Positions 26,401 to 40,900 of a stretch of DNA of 64,000 nt are shown piece by piece. The DNA comes from Podarcis vaucheri. Its lineage: Eukaryota. How positions within the stretch are numbered: the first letter of the stretch is position 1; each line of letters begins with the position of its first letter. The DNA lies in the NCBI GenBank assembly GCA_965113315.1, contig OZ220368.1; one strand, written 5' to 3'. The translations under genes were made by a program, and so were the position numbers. A model generated the notes under the pieces. It made no database searches, was not told the origin of the DNA, and saw only the letters and a program-made list of their open reading frames with translations.

Positions 26401-26798
26401 CTAGTGGCCCTTTCTGCTTTTTCTATAAGAAGATGGGTAACCTGTAGCGCATAGGTTACATATGAACACCCAAGATTTGATTTGATTTGATTTGATTTGC
26501 AGCCCAAAGACCCCTCTAAATTTTGTCTTTCCCCCAAATTAAAAATTGTTTTAGCTGCATGTATATCTGTGTGGCCTAGAAAAAGACAATACTTTCCTTG
26601 TACAGTAAGCAGAGAATACATAATCTGTTGTGCGGTGCTGTGTGTTTGTGTTTGTTTGTATGTCTGGGAGGGAAGGAGGACCAATTATTTTAAATGTCAT
26701 GTGGAAGAGAACAGGACACCAAAACTCCTTTAATATTTGCAAGGTTTTATTCTTGGGGGCAATATGGTTTTTCTATTTGAGTAGGGAAGTCCTGAGTA

Positions 26799-26952
26799 CA
26801 GGCCTACCTTGGGTTACAGACACTTCAGGTTGCGTGTTTTTTGGTTGTGCACCATGCCGAACCTGGAAGTACTGGAACAGGCGCAGACGCGGCACTGTGG
26901 GTTGCGAACGTGCCTCTTGCACGGATCACTTTCGGAACCCAAGCGTCCACTG
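26799..26952. mobile_element. Tigger-like MITE, degenerate
   Basis: TA-flanked cag...ctg ends; related to 34599-34838 in the opposite orientation. Confidence 0.7.
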
Positions 26953-27525
26953 TACTGTGGTGATCCTTTGCTAGTTTTTTCCACAGGTTGGTTTATGGAT
27001 GAACCTGCACACTTCATTTAAACCTTTTCCCTCTGTCCTTTTTTGTCACTTTCCATGCACCAGAAATACTAACTTGTCTATCCCAGGAGAGGAGAATTGC
27101 CCATCTGTAAAATGTCAGGGAACATAATAACAATAGATTTGGGCTTATTTTCAGAGAGAAGCAGAGAGAAACAGTCATGTAGGGTGAGGTCCTCAGACTT
27201 TTTATTTATTTCGTTTCATTTCCTTCCCTTCACCCAAAGGTCCCAGGTTACAGCATTAAAAACTATTTTTAAACCCCATCTCTTGGCACTTGCCAAGGCC
27301 CATTGCCCCCCCCCCCCAAAGTTGAGGACCCCAGCAGTAGAGGATGCACATGGGTTTGCCTGATAATTGATGCCAATTTCATACATATAGTGAAGTGATG
27401 TACATCACTGCTACTGGGATGTTTAGGTTGCATATTTGTGGCAGCCAATACAAAGCTGCTTTACTAGAAATTGTCATAGCTTCTCAGCGATTTCCTAATT
27501 CGTTTCTCTGTTCACTTGCTTTCAG

Positions 27526-27628
27526 ATTCTCACAAACATAAAGATAAACACAAAGACCGGGAACACAGACACAAAGAGCACAAGAAGGACAAAGAGAAAG
27601 ATCGAGAGAAATCCAAGCACAGTAACAG
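27526..27628 (+). CDS. TOP1: TOP1 exon 3 (103 nt): (D)[33 protein letters not shown](S)
   Basis: ttcag|ATTCT...AACAG|gtgaga; matches the TOP1 N-terminal His/Lys/Asp-rich segment. Confidence 0.97.
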
Positions 27629-28869
27629 GTGAGATTGCTGGCTGTTGTCAGCAGGTTTGTTGTCCTGACGTGCAAAATTAGGCCTGGAAACATGTACCGG
27701 TTGCAAGATTACACTCTGAGTGCTTGTCAGCTGGCTAGTGGGGAGGTGGCATGCATTGAACTTGCTTCATGTGATCCCATCTGATTGGGCTATTGGCATA
27801 CTTCTCAGCTGTTTCCAGCCATAGTTGGGGGAGATGTGGACATGATGCAATCTCAGAGATTGGCTAGCCCAGTCAGGCTGTTGTTGGTCAGATAGTATTG
27901 TGTCTACTATGCCAATAAATACATTGGCTGGCCTAAGTGTTGTGCAAGGCAAGAAGCCTGCTTTAGTCACTTTTGTTCACATACTCTTTAACTTTGCAGG
28001 AGATGCAGGCTAGTTCACCACAAATTAAAACCAATAGTGCTTGCTCTTGATAGGCATAGCTGTGCTTTGGTACTGGCTTCCTTTCCCTACTTCAAAGGTC
28101 TCCACATAAATTGGTAGCCATTCTCATTGGAACTCTTGTTTTAATAATCTTCCTGAGTCATAAAGTGACACTTGAAATGGTAAATTCAAGACAGCTATTT
28201 TTTACTGTTTGGGGGTTAACCAGGTTACATGTAAGTTAATGTTACTGAGGTTAAAACCTGTGAATAGCTTCCAGATATCAAATTATGGGGCTGCCATTCT
28301 ATGGTATATATGACTGCCCCCCCTTTCATTCACATAGCCCTATTTTGTACCTAAACAGTTACACAAATTTAACCTTTTAACAAATTTAACACCTTGATCC
28401 CTTTTGTGCTTTTTTCTAAACTTGAATACATTTTAATAAACCATTTCATTTTCCAATTTGTGATAGATAGCCAACATAACTCCAAAACTTACAACATTCA
28501 TAGACCTTGGAGGCAGAGGCTGTAAATGTCTTAGCTAAGCTGTTGCACACTTTACTGGTTGCTTAAATCCCAGCAATGCCAATTAACACACTTTGCAGGG
28601 AATGGGGGTGGTATTTCACCTTGTGCTTCCAAATGTTGCTAAATTGTTGTGAAACTCTCTTCTCTCCTCCACCCACATTGTACTGTTTACAGCCTTTTAG
28701 AAAGGGACTTTTTGCATGGTATAATGCAAAACCTGCTTGGCTTTTGGCTCATTATTCTGATGTGTTTCTTGTTTATAATCTCAATCACATTGCAGGCTTC
28801 CAAAAGATAAGATATATATCTTAGAAGGCGAGCAAAAAAAACTCAGCCAAATGGGTGGGGTGTAAATAA

Positions 28870-28917
<48 letters not shown>

Positions 28918-31900
28918 GGTGAGAACACAGTGGATAAAGGGTAGACAGTGCCACAGGCTGTAGCACCTTATTCATCAAGCACATGTTTACTTGTGTCCAT
29001 TCAATGAATCTTGTGTGACAGTTCTTCCCAAGTGAGGAGCTCTTGGTTAGAATTTATATGCAGACAAATTAATTATGGTATGTAGAGCTTTTCAAGTATG
29101 ATTGCTTAGTAATTGTATTCATATTTTATGGTTTCCTAAAACTTAGAGGCATTTTAAATGAACATATTTATATACCAATCACCTTATATTCATTATCTGG
29201 CCACCTATTCATGATGATTTCCTGCACTGACTAATACAGTACTTTCTAGAAGGCACGCTGTGCCCCTTTACCTGATTCAATTCAGTAGTACATACTTCTG
29301 AGTAGACACAATAAATTGCCTTGTCCCATCCAAGCATGCACTGTGTAATGTGCACGATTCAATTATAATAGATTCATTGAGAACATAATATTTGCAATTT
29401 GAAGCACTTCATGTGCCAGATCAGGAAGTGTATACTGAGATGACTCCCCTGTGTGTCGAGGGGATCAAGCATATGAGTGTATCCTGCCTCTTATGCCGCA
29501 GATCGCCTATATGGGGGCTCAACGTGAACTGACTACATAACTTGGATCATGCATTTAATTCAGAATTTTTTCTAGGATATTGCTCTTGCAATCATGGCCC
29601 ATGTGCTTTAGGGTTGGATTCATGTTTCATATTTAGCAGATGTCTGGTGATGTCTGAGGAGGTGGTACAGGCATGCTGAGAGGGCAAGTAGGGGAGGTGC
29701 ACATTCCTCACTTTGTATAACATGAATATGGTAAATCAGTGAAGAAATTCTGTCACTTTTTCCATTCTTACTCCTTTTGTGTTTTGAAATCACATGCCTC
29801 CCATGTTTCATCTCATAAATATACATGTGCTCAGTCCTACCCTAGGGAGAGAGGGAGAGAGAGAGAGAGACCAGAACTCTGTCAGGAGTTGAATTACTAG
29901 AACCTGTATAAATAAAAGATTTTATATACTAATATTAAAACCTCAAACTTGGCTCGGCAGCAGATCTTCCCGTGCTCAAGCAGTGTCTCTGCTTACATAG
30001 AACTCTGTAGCATACACCCATGTTAGGGAGGCAGGTTGCTGAATTACACTTAATATGATCCAGGAAGTGGGAAAACTGGCCAAAGGGGCAGGCCTAATTC
30101 CTGTAGAATGGTTTAGGCCTGCATAAGGTGACGTGTAAGAGATGATCAGGGGCAAACCAGAGTGTTTGGGCTAGCCATATTGAAGTTTTGGTGGGGTGGG
30201 GGTTGCCTTGGTACTAGAGCTGTTTTCATACTTATAAAGTTATTCCATTAAGGGAGCAAAATTTATTTATTACAATTATACTGCAGCCTTCCTCCCAAAG
30301 GAGCCCAGCCAACATTCAAGTTTACTTGAATTTATTATTGTTTCTGGATTAATCTTAATGCTTTTAAATCCAACATATTGGATCCAACATCCAATATCTT
30401 TCAGCCCAAAGGCAACTTGGAAAGCAGGCTGGTCAAAGGCTCAGAGTGGCTTGCTATGTCATATTCAGTGCAGTTTTTTTGGTTAGTTCATCTCCAAACA
30501 AAAAGCTACGTCTTAACTCTAGCAATGCCATTAATGTTGTGAGCAATTTCCAGAGAGTACAGTGATGCCTACTTGAAGGAAACACTTCCTGAAGGAATAG
30601 CTGTGCATCAATCTACTAATAAAGTAAAGTGCTTTTTGCAGAGGTTTTTTTTTTAAGTACATCTCAGAATAAATCATCAAAATACTTTGCTTCCTGTGAA
30701 TCAAATCAAAAGCTTTTATGAAAACAAGAAACATGGAGCAGAAACAGATGCAAACACTGAGTAAAACACTTCATAGGAGCAAAAATATCGTTTTCTAGCT
30801 CTACCATGCTTCTCCACACGTAATTGGCCGAAAGAACCTTTCAGATTCCTGTACTGAATCTGAGTCCTCCACTTTGGTGGACCACAGAGTGGAGTAGTGC
30901 CTCCCCTGCAAAAAGAACCACCACCAATTTTCAGTCTTTACACCAGTTGCATGTTGTCTTATGCACTCTGTCGGAATAAGAATTCTGTAGGCAACACTTA
31001 AAAACCAGGTCATTAGACATTAGGCTTTTAAGGCCTTTATAGAGTTGTTTCAAGGATAAAATGAAGTAGGGGAGACCAGGTATGCTGCCTTGACCAACTT
31101 GGAGGAAAGGTGGGATATAAATATAAAATAATAAAAGTTGTGATCCCAGCTCAGCTATGAGTGAAGACTGATTCATGCAACAGTCTCTAAACCTGATTTG
31201 TGCATAGACTTGATCCATCCTTCATGATTCAGAGGGGAAGCTATGTAATGCAGCTTCGGTGGCAAGCTGTGAGCTGATGTTTGAAGGGAACAGAGTGTCC
31301 TTTACTATGATCTAGCTGAAGGAGAGGCTGTCAGGAAACAACTAACCATTCATTATCATCCTGCCCCAGGCTGAGGAGTAAAAGTAGCTGCAACACACTG
31401 CTGTCCTACATCTGGGAAGATAACTGTGTTACACTAGGGCAGGCTTCCTCAACCTCTGCCCTCCAGATGTTTTGAGACTACAATTCCCATCACCCCTGAC
31501 TACTGGTCCTGCTAGCTAGGGATCATGGGAGTTGTAGGCCAAAAACATCTGGAGGGCCAAGTTTGAGGAAGCCTGCACTAGGGCCAGTTGCTTTGCCTAC
31601 TAGAGAAGGTAAGCTTTCCGAAATGGTAGTCTGTGCCTGTTGGCCAGGTTGAGAATTAAGCAATGAATGCAGCTGCAGTGTTCTCTTCTTGGAAAAGGCC
31701 AAAGTAACATTTTGTACGGTAACTTGCCCTGCAAGCTTCCCTACTTGTTCTGAACCTTGGTAGAAGAAGGAATTCCAGAGCTTGCGCAGGAGAGCCAGGG
31801 CCGGCCCTACCATTAGGCAGAGTGGGGTTGCTGCTTCGGGTGTAGATGCTGAGGGACAACATTCCCCTGTATTGGAGGATAGAGCTGTTTGTGCCAACAG

Positions 31901-34900
31901 CCTGTCCTGAATCCTCTCAATTAGCACGTTGCCCTCAAGAGCCATGGAAGACACTGGCCTATTACCACTGATAGATCCAGCTGCCAATCTCCTTGGCTTC
32001 TGTACATAGAACAGGGGCTTTTTGCCTCAGGCAGCAAAACACCACCTTATTAGTTGTTAGGTGAACAGTTTTTGTCTGTGCCAGCAGGAGATTGTTTGCA
32101 CATGCTGAACATGCTTTTTAAAGTAAGGACTGGACTGCAGTGTAGATTTGAGTCAATTGTATTGCCTGATCTCAGGCTGACGTATGATCCAGGTTGCCAT
32201 CCCCATGTCATCCATTTCACACCTGTCAAATGGGAATTATGTTCTCTCTTTCACAGGATGGCAAAAATTTTTATTTTTTATTTTGGCACATAAGCTAGTT
32301 TACCAATCTTATTCATTCATAACAAACAGGCATTTAAAATGAGGGCTTATGTCTTGATGTGAGGTGCTCCGAATAGTTCTTGTCTGATTACAAAACGATA
32401 TTAAGTTAAATGACACATTTGCTTACCTTCACTTATTAGAAGCTGCACTGGTCTGTGAGTTTTTTCTTCAGAGACACATACCATTTGTTGGTGGTTTTTT
32501 CCTATTTTCTGCTGTCATGCAAATTAAATCTCTCTTTTTTTTTCCTGTTGAGAAGTTTGCTTGTGGTGACATTTCATATGTGTATGTTCTCTAAATAGGT
32601 ATTTGTTACCAGGAAAGTTCTCACTGTGTCTGTCTTTTTTACTTGTCAATTTGTATAGCTGTGGGGTGCATGTGTTTGTGACTGAAGTAGGGAAACTGAT
32701 TGTAGTGCTGCAGGTGACAAGAATTCGTGTCAGTTGTATTTAATACACCCAGGTAGAAGTAATGAAAAAAAGATCAGAGGATGTTTTTGCAGTAGAAAAA
32801 TGTGAAGAATCTTTAATGTGCCATGACTAAAAGCTGGCTAAAAATTTGTTGTGTTCCTGCAATTAAAAACTGTTACTTTTTGCTGGTGTCCATGTCTGTT
32901 GGAGCACATCATAGTAGCAATTAACCTCCATCATAGTGGCCAGGTTTTGATGATTATCCATTGTTTTATAAACCATGGTTTTAAGAGGTCTCTTCCCTTT
33001 TCACTATCAAACACTCTGTTCAGTGCAACAATCCTGACTTCATTAAACCTATTCCCTGTTGTACCCAAACTACATCATACAACTCTGGCTTAACATTGGT
33101 TAATAACCTAGCATACTTAGCCAAGCTAGTATTGATCCTCTCTTAATTCTTTACAGCACCTGTACATTTTCCCTTTTTCTTTTTCCTATTTTCTCTTTTG
33201 AAGCGATAGAGGTTGGGAACCCAAGTTTCTCAAGACAATAAACCATGAATGGGTAGAAAGAAGTATATTCTCTGTCCTCCAAGCAAGGAGCGGATGACAT
33301 TTAGGCATTCCTAATTCTGCATCTGCTTGCTTTGCAACAGGCAAACAGACAGCAAAATTCAGACCTGATTATTGGATATGAAGTTATGTAACTTAACCTT
33401 TTCAGCATCATTTTCATGAAAGGGGGGGGGGGAATCACAACTGCATAAAACAAAAGTGAAATAAAAATACTGTTAGCCAGTTTAAGTTTGTTAGATATTG
33501 TAACAAGTGGGCTTTCCATTTTATGAAAGTTGGATTGTTGAAATAAATTATGTGAACCAAAAAAGGTTGGCCACTGTGGGGAACAGAAGATTGTATTAGA
33601 AATTCCATCTTTTTGTATTTGGTAAATATGATTTCTTTATATGTAGTGGTTCTTGCCTTAAATACTTAAATGCTGAAGTGACTCAAAAATTGCATCCCAT
33701 TTTTAAAAGGACTAAATGTTTTATGGGCATTTGGAGAAGGTATATGACATTGAAGGCTGGTATTATATAGTGTTTAACCAGACCTGGGGAGACCCAGGTT
33801 CGAATCCCCACTTGGTCATGAAGTTAATTTGATGAGCAGAGGAGATCACTATCGCTTAGTCTAACCTTTTCAGAGTGGTAGTGAGCTGAAATATGGGGAG
33901 GCACTTGTTCTATATTGTTGTTGTTATTTAAGTTTATTAGATACTTTTTCTTGTCGCAGGCAACTTAAATCAACTTTACAAAAAACAAACTATACCATAC
34001 ATTCATTAAAACCAAGAAAAAGTACATTAAAAATATTATTAGGATATGGGCAGAATAAAAATGTAATAAATATAGTTGCTTATTTGACTTTATTGTGGTA
34101 TGTGTCTCTACATTAGGGACGGAGAATTTTCCAGATTCAAGAAGCAGTAAGTCACATTGGAAGGGCTTGTGGGAGCTGAGAATCAAACCATAAGAAATAG
34201 AGTGGCACTAGCAAGTGGGAGGAATGAAAGGGGAATCCAGAGTACTTAGCTTGCAGAGTCATTGAGGGGCAAGAGGGTCAGGATAATGAAGTAAGGAAAC
34301 CTAATGAGTGTAATAGGAGAAGGCTGCAGTTGACTTCTCAAAATGCAGTATTGGAGTTCTCTTAAGAGCTGCTTTCTTTATCATGTGCCTGGATTTAATG
34401 TAATCACACATGAGCCTTAAATCTTTCCCTAGCAGGATATACCACATCTTCAAGGGTTTTTCAACAATTCATCTCTGTAATCTACAAGTTTAATTTTGAT
34501 TATTGTGGTCTAAGCAGCCACTGAATAGTTAATTGGGAAATGGACCACTTTCTAAAGAGACTGGGTTTTGTTTTGATTTTGGCATTAGAATAGAATTACA
34601 GTGGTACCTCAGGATGCGAACGGGATCCGTTCCAGAGCCCCAGTCGCATCCCGAACAGAACATAAGACGCGTCTGCGCAGGTCGCGTTTTGCCGTTTCCG
34701 CACATGTGCGTGACGTCATTTTGACCGTCTGTGCGAGCGGCGAAACCTGGAAGTAACGCGCTCCATTACTTCCGGGTCGCCACAGAGCGCAACCTGAAAG
34801 CGCTCAACCTGAAGCGTATTTATCCTGAGGTATGACTGTAGAGATATACCATTTTCTTTCTGATGTAATGAAAACCCATCATTTTTTTAGCCTTAATATA

Positions 34901-37900
34901 CGTTCCATTTGTTCTCTCCCTCATAAGTGAAACAGGCCACTGGTGGGGAGAGGGAAGAAGTGAGGCTTGGCGAAGGCCATATGGCACAAGCATCATTGGT
35001 TTCTAAAATGCACTAACAGGAGAAGCATGTAACTAGACATGAAAGAACTCCTGAACTCAGTTTCTGGCTCTTCTAGGGACTGAATTGAGTGAACCACAGC
35101 CCATTGCTTAATTGCTGTGTGCCTCTGTTTCTCTCACCTAATAAATTTATCAGTACCAATATGAGCCATAAATATTATGTTTGGTGTTATAACTACAGGG
35201 TTTGTCTTCTTTTTACCCCGTCTCAGTAGGGGGACAAATCCACTGAAGGTTCCAGTTAATGTCTACTGTTAAAAGCATAAATGCCAAGATGTTAGTACTG
35301 GGCTTAAGGTGTACTGAACAGTGCACATATATTGTTGAAACTCCTTCAGGCGAAAATGCATTAGTCTGTGGTGTCCCCGAGGCATCTTGACTTTACTATG
35401 TTTCTTATTGCTACAGTTGTGTGATTCTTCATATTAATAGAGAACTTTCTAGGGCTTGGCGTGTCAGTTGCTACCGATCCTGTCCCAACTGACTCTTGTA
35501 TCTTCCAGTGAGCACAAAGATTCCTCGGAGAAGAAACACAAAGAGAAGGAGAAAACCAAACACAAAGATGGCAGTTCAGAGAAACACGACAAACACAAAG
35601 ACAAACACAAAGATAGAGACAAGGAGAAACGAAAGGAAGAAAAGGTAAAGGATGGTGGTGGGGCTGAATGGCACTGCTTTGGACTGGGCTTTTGTTGTGG
35701 ATAAAGACACGAGCAGCTTCGCATTTTTGACATTTTTAAGCTGTTTTGCTAGTCAGATCCCACATGCAGTTTCAGCAGAAACTCAAGGCTATAAGAGCCC
35801 CGTGGCATTAGGTGTTAGATGACATCACTGTGCGTCTGTTTAAATGGCTGTTGTAAACTTGTCATAATAAAAGCCATGTTAAACTTTATAGCAGCTATAG
35901 GCCGAACTTCAGCACACGTTGTGTTCTACATGAGGAGGGATTCTGTAGGTAACTTGATGCAGGATATTACAAACATTGCACCGATGCAGGTGCACACCTT
36001 AGCCCAGCCTTGACAGACAGAAGAGGGACAGACAGGACCTTGATAATTTTCTTACCCATCTGTTCATGTCTGGGCAAAGTGCATAATTATGCAGTGTAAC
36101 AGTACAAGCAGAAGCCTTGTCTAAATAAGCCAAGGAGTTGATAGCAAATTCTACAGTTGTGGCCAGACAAAAGGAAAAACTTGGGGAGAACATCTAGATA
36201 GATAGGAAAACAGCAGGACAAAGCACGTATTGGAGATTGACCGGATCCAATAATGCCGAAAGCATTTCTGAGGAATAGCTGGAGGTGCACTTGCTCCTGG
36301 TACAAGGGTCTTTTGTCAGTTATATTTGAATGAACAGGGAAGATATGACAGTGCTTTTTATAGCTTACTAACCAGCTCTCACTTCTGTTTTCAGAGTAAA
36401 TCATCTGGTGAAGTGAAAATAAAGAAGGAAAAAGAAAATGGCTTCTCCAGGTATGCAGCTGGGAGCCTTGTGTGAAGAAGACTGTTAGATTTTTAGTTTT
36501 GACTTGTACCCAGAAGATGAGTGGAATTTCTCTCAGTGGGATCCCTGAGACTTCTGGGATCCTCTTTTCTTTGCCCTGATAAAGACTCTAAAATAACATA
36601 GACTTTTAAAGTTGTTCCCTATCAATATCAAACGCTCAGTAGAAGAACTAGGAATTTAGGGTCAAACTAAAGTTGTTCCACCTGTGCACTGTTTCTAAAA
36701 CAGTATTCAAGCATATATAAACTGCTTGATTCTTAGTAGAAGAAAGCAAGGACCCCTCTTGGTATTTCTAGGAACTGCAATCTTAAGAATGTAAAACCCG
36801 CTTGTCAAAAAGCCAGCAGCAGTTATGCTCAGCATAAATACCTCGTGGAACTGACGCCAGACTTTTCCACTATCATGCAGCCTGTTTCCAGCAATCTCCT
36901 GCATTTTGAGGCACGATGGTGGATTGATTTAAAACACAGCCTTTAAAATCTGCAGTGCCTTTGTACTTTTAAATACTAGCATTCCTTGTACAAGTATTTT
37001 ACTCTGCTGTCTTGTATTACCAGCTGATCTTATCAGTGTTAGATATTTGAAGTGGAAAGCAGATCAGGCTACATCTTTTTAGAAGAGAGATGGCACTGCA
37101 GAAGGTGACCTCATTGCCTGCAGTGTTTTGGGTTTTGTGGAGTTTTCACTGCACTGAAACATCCAAGCAGACTGCAGCTCTAAGATCTTTTGTATTCCAC
37201 AGAATGCAATCTTCATTGCGAAATAGCTGCAGAATTTTTGCCTTTGGAAAAAAAGTATTTTTAGAGTCAGCTCAATAAATTAGCTTTCAGTGGCTGAAAT
37301 GTGGTCTCCTGAGTAGCTTTGTAAAGTGACTTCCATCAAAATGGCTCCTTTAGCAGCATGCATTTGTTCCCAGTAACTGTAGAGGTGTATTTGCCAGCGC
37401 TGCTGAGTTTTTCCAGCTGTGAGATCAGGCAGCTTGCATTAGCATGCTGCTTATTCCTGATAAACCATGATAAGGTAGGAAGTCTGGGTCAATATGATGT
37501 TTGAACACAGCCACTTTTTGTTACATTGTTTTATATGCTTTGACCCACCATGGTTTTCACTGGAAGGGCAAGCTATAGATTCTCTTTAAATATGAATACC
37601 CCCCCACACACACACACCGTACAAAAATGCCATGCATACCTGTAGGTAAAACAAAATAGAACTAGTAATTTCTATTATGGAATATCCCAATATCCAGTGT
37701 GTGGATATTTCAGGGAGAGTAGATTTATTAAAACAATTTTAAAACTTGAATTGTTGTAACTAAAAAGCAATCAAGTAGTTTGAATCTGACACATCTTTAA
37801 CACTTAATACTTGCTAACATCTACAAGTTTGTGTTCAGGATTTGTAATCCATTGCCCCATTGTTGTAGGAATATAGAAACCTAGTAGGGTGTTATGGGGG

Positions 37901-40900
37901 AGATTTTGGAGGAAACCATACACAGATCAGCTAAGAAGCGGGGAGTTATTGGTATCCCCTCCAGGGTGTTGGGATCTACTTTCCAGCATGTTTATTTTAA
38001 TTTTCTTTTTTGCTGACACCAAAATCGGGGGGAGGGGAGGTTAAGGGGCAGAACCCCACCAGCCCTGCAATATGGTGTTACATTTTCAGTTTAGCTGAAA
38101 CTATATGAAAGTCACACATCCTGTTAAACTCTAAATATGGCAGGGATAATGAGAGAGTTCTCCTCGCGTGGGTTGCAGTGGTAGGTGAAGTCAGGCTACA
38201 AGCTGAAGCTTAGTAGTCATGTTCTTGACTAAATAACTCATTTCCTTTTCTGTCTAGCCCACCTCGTATTAAGGAAGAAATGGATGACGATGGCTACTAC
38301 AAAGAAGACTATAAGCCCCTAAAGAGACCCCGAGAGGATGATGAGTGAGTAGCTTGTGAACATTACCTACAGTGAAAAGCGGGGGAAATGGGACATTTGC
38401 ATCTGTCTATAGCAAGCAACTATAGTATCTTGCCTAAGTCATAACTCAGAATAGACCCATTGAGATCAATGGATTTAAGGGCTTAAGTTCTTTTGCCCAT
38501 TCCAGATATCAGTTGTCACTCAGACATCATCATTCCACTCAGTGAAAAGTGAATGCTTTTAATTACCCTTGAGGGAGGGCCATATTCTGGGGGGTTTACT
38601 TGTTTTCTAATAGCGCAGTTTTTTGTTTGTTTTCATTTTATGTAAGCGGCCTTGATCTTTTGAAAGGTAGCTGAAAAATGCTTTTATAAAACAAAAGAAT
38701 AATGAGTAAGACAAAATGTTAAGGACCAAATGAATAGTGAGTGTTAATAATACTTTGTGAACCCCAACTGTCTTCTATAGTGAATTGCCTTGATCCTGCA
38801 AGGGAGATGTTAATATAGAAGCAACTGTGGACCTGATGTGTGTATCACAGTGCTCATCTGGATCCCACTACATCTGGGACCGCTAGGTGCCTGGGATTCA
38901 CACTGGGTCAGGACCAGTATCAGTCGTCCTACTAGTGTAACCCCTTTCTGCTGCAAAGGGAGTTTAAACTCTCCCCGCCCCCTGGTCCTGCAACAGCAAA
39001 GAGAAGAAAAGTGATCAGTGCAAATGAGGGGCAACAGGTTGCAACAACAAATACAAAAATAGCAGATTTTATTTCTTGATTGTATTCTGTCTGCAACAGC
39101 CATGTATATATTGTCAGTGTGCATTCAGCACAGGTAGAGAACTGGCATTTGTCTACAGACGCTGGAAAGTAGCTGTATCTGTTCTCACGGAAGGGGCTTC
39201 AGGAAACGTATAACTTAAAGTCAAGCAGCAGGTTTTATCTGAGCTACAAGAATTGGGGTGTTGGTGCTTTTGGAATGCAGGCTGTAAGCAGCACAGCAGC
39301 AACATTTGTGTGTGGAGGGTGAGAGTAATAAAATCCGGGACTGGAAATGAATGATTTGTTTACAATTGTTGGATCTGTTTCAGTGTCGACTACAAACCCA
39401 AGAAGATCAAAACTGAAGATATAAAAAAATCAAAGAAGCGGAAACAGGAAGAAGAGGAGGTTTGGTTGAATTTATATTTTCTGGATCTCTGGGGTAATAA
39501 CAGGTTGTGGAGACAACTGTGGAGAAAGAACACTTTATTTTGCTTAGAATATCCAATTTAGCATTCATCTGAAAACAATAACCCCCAAAAAAACATGATG
39601 TCTTGATCTAGAGTACATGTTAAGATCAGTATGTAGAGATCCTGATTTTTGGCTAGATTCATGCAGAGAGCATACTGGTGGCTGGGCTCTGCTCGCCACA
39701 AAGTTGCAACTCCTCCTCCATCCTTAGGCTAAGTGGTCCTCATCTCCTTTTTTCTCTACATAATGCCCTTTCACTTCTCTCTACCTCCGGTATATGGCTT
39801 TGCCAATTTATTTATGTCATACCATGATACACTCTGCATGTTAATTGATGATAATTCCTTGCCACTGGTAGGAAACTGAATAAGTAGTTTGATTCAGACC
39901 AAGGGCCTTTTTGCGAGAAGCACATTTCAAATGGTTTCTTACAAAATTTATTTGTTTTTAAATGTAAGAGTATTTTGTAAAACTACTCCCTGTATAGCAT
40001 CTCTCTCTTTAAAAAAATCTCTCTTCAGGATATCAAACCCAAGAAAATAAAGAGCAAAGATAAGAAGCCTCCTGAAGGAGACATGAAGAAGAAGAAAACA
40101 AAAAAAGAAGAGGAGCAGAAATGGAAATGGTAACACACCTCTGATATTTCAGCCTGTGGCTGGCTGCTTCCTCTTACATCTGAAAAAATGCTGACTGAAA
40201 ACTCTTTGTGGTTGGACTTCAAAGCTGCAAACAGGATTATCTTCCATTTTAGAGTGAAAAGGAAAACCCCAGTTTGAGCTCTCAGCTAGTTAAGGATTTG
40301 TTAGGTTAATAATTGGCTTTCAACCAATTGATTTATCATTGGAACAAAAATTTAATATCCATTTTATTAGAAGTCCTGAGGTACTGAAGTCATAACCTTT
40401 GTTTCTCTTATTATTAGGTGGCATGTCTATCTGTTATTAGAACGTTTAGCGGTAGTTTTTTGTTTTCTGTTAATATCAATTTCACTAGCAGCAAAAGTAT
40501 CACAAAAAATAAGTGAAGTTTACAACTAGCACTTTGCTGATTTCATAAAGTTATATTTGCTCAGCAAAAATTGCCAGTTGGGAGCAGTGAAAATGTTCGT
40601 TCAAAAAGCCCTCTACCCTTCACTTAAGTACACTTTTTAAACACCTGCTCACAGCCACTGTTCATTATTCATGATATTGTTCACAGAGCATCAGTCTATC
40701 AAGGACTATTAGCCCTTTCTCATTTATACCAGTTGCTGGGAATCACAAGTGTGAACCGTGTTGCTGCAATCTGGTTCTGCTTGTGGGTTTCCCATACACT
40801 GGAACAGGCTGGTGCTTTTAATCTGATCTAGCAGGGCTCTTATCTTCATTTTGTTCTTCCAGTTAGCAGTTGCTTAGACTAAGGGAGCGTGTCCCTGTTG

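Noticed and set aside
1-27525. TOP1 exons 1-2, promoter or a nested gene in the 5' half
   Set aside because: No MSGDHLHNDSQ/IEADFRLN-like coding stretch and no CpG island other than transposons were seen; treated as intron 2.
31523-31987. 154-aa minus-strand ORF
   Set aside because: Spans a MITE and a hAT-like remnant; no coherent homology.
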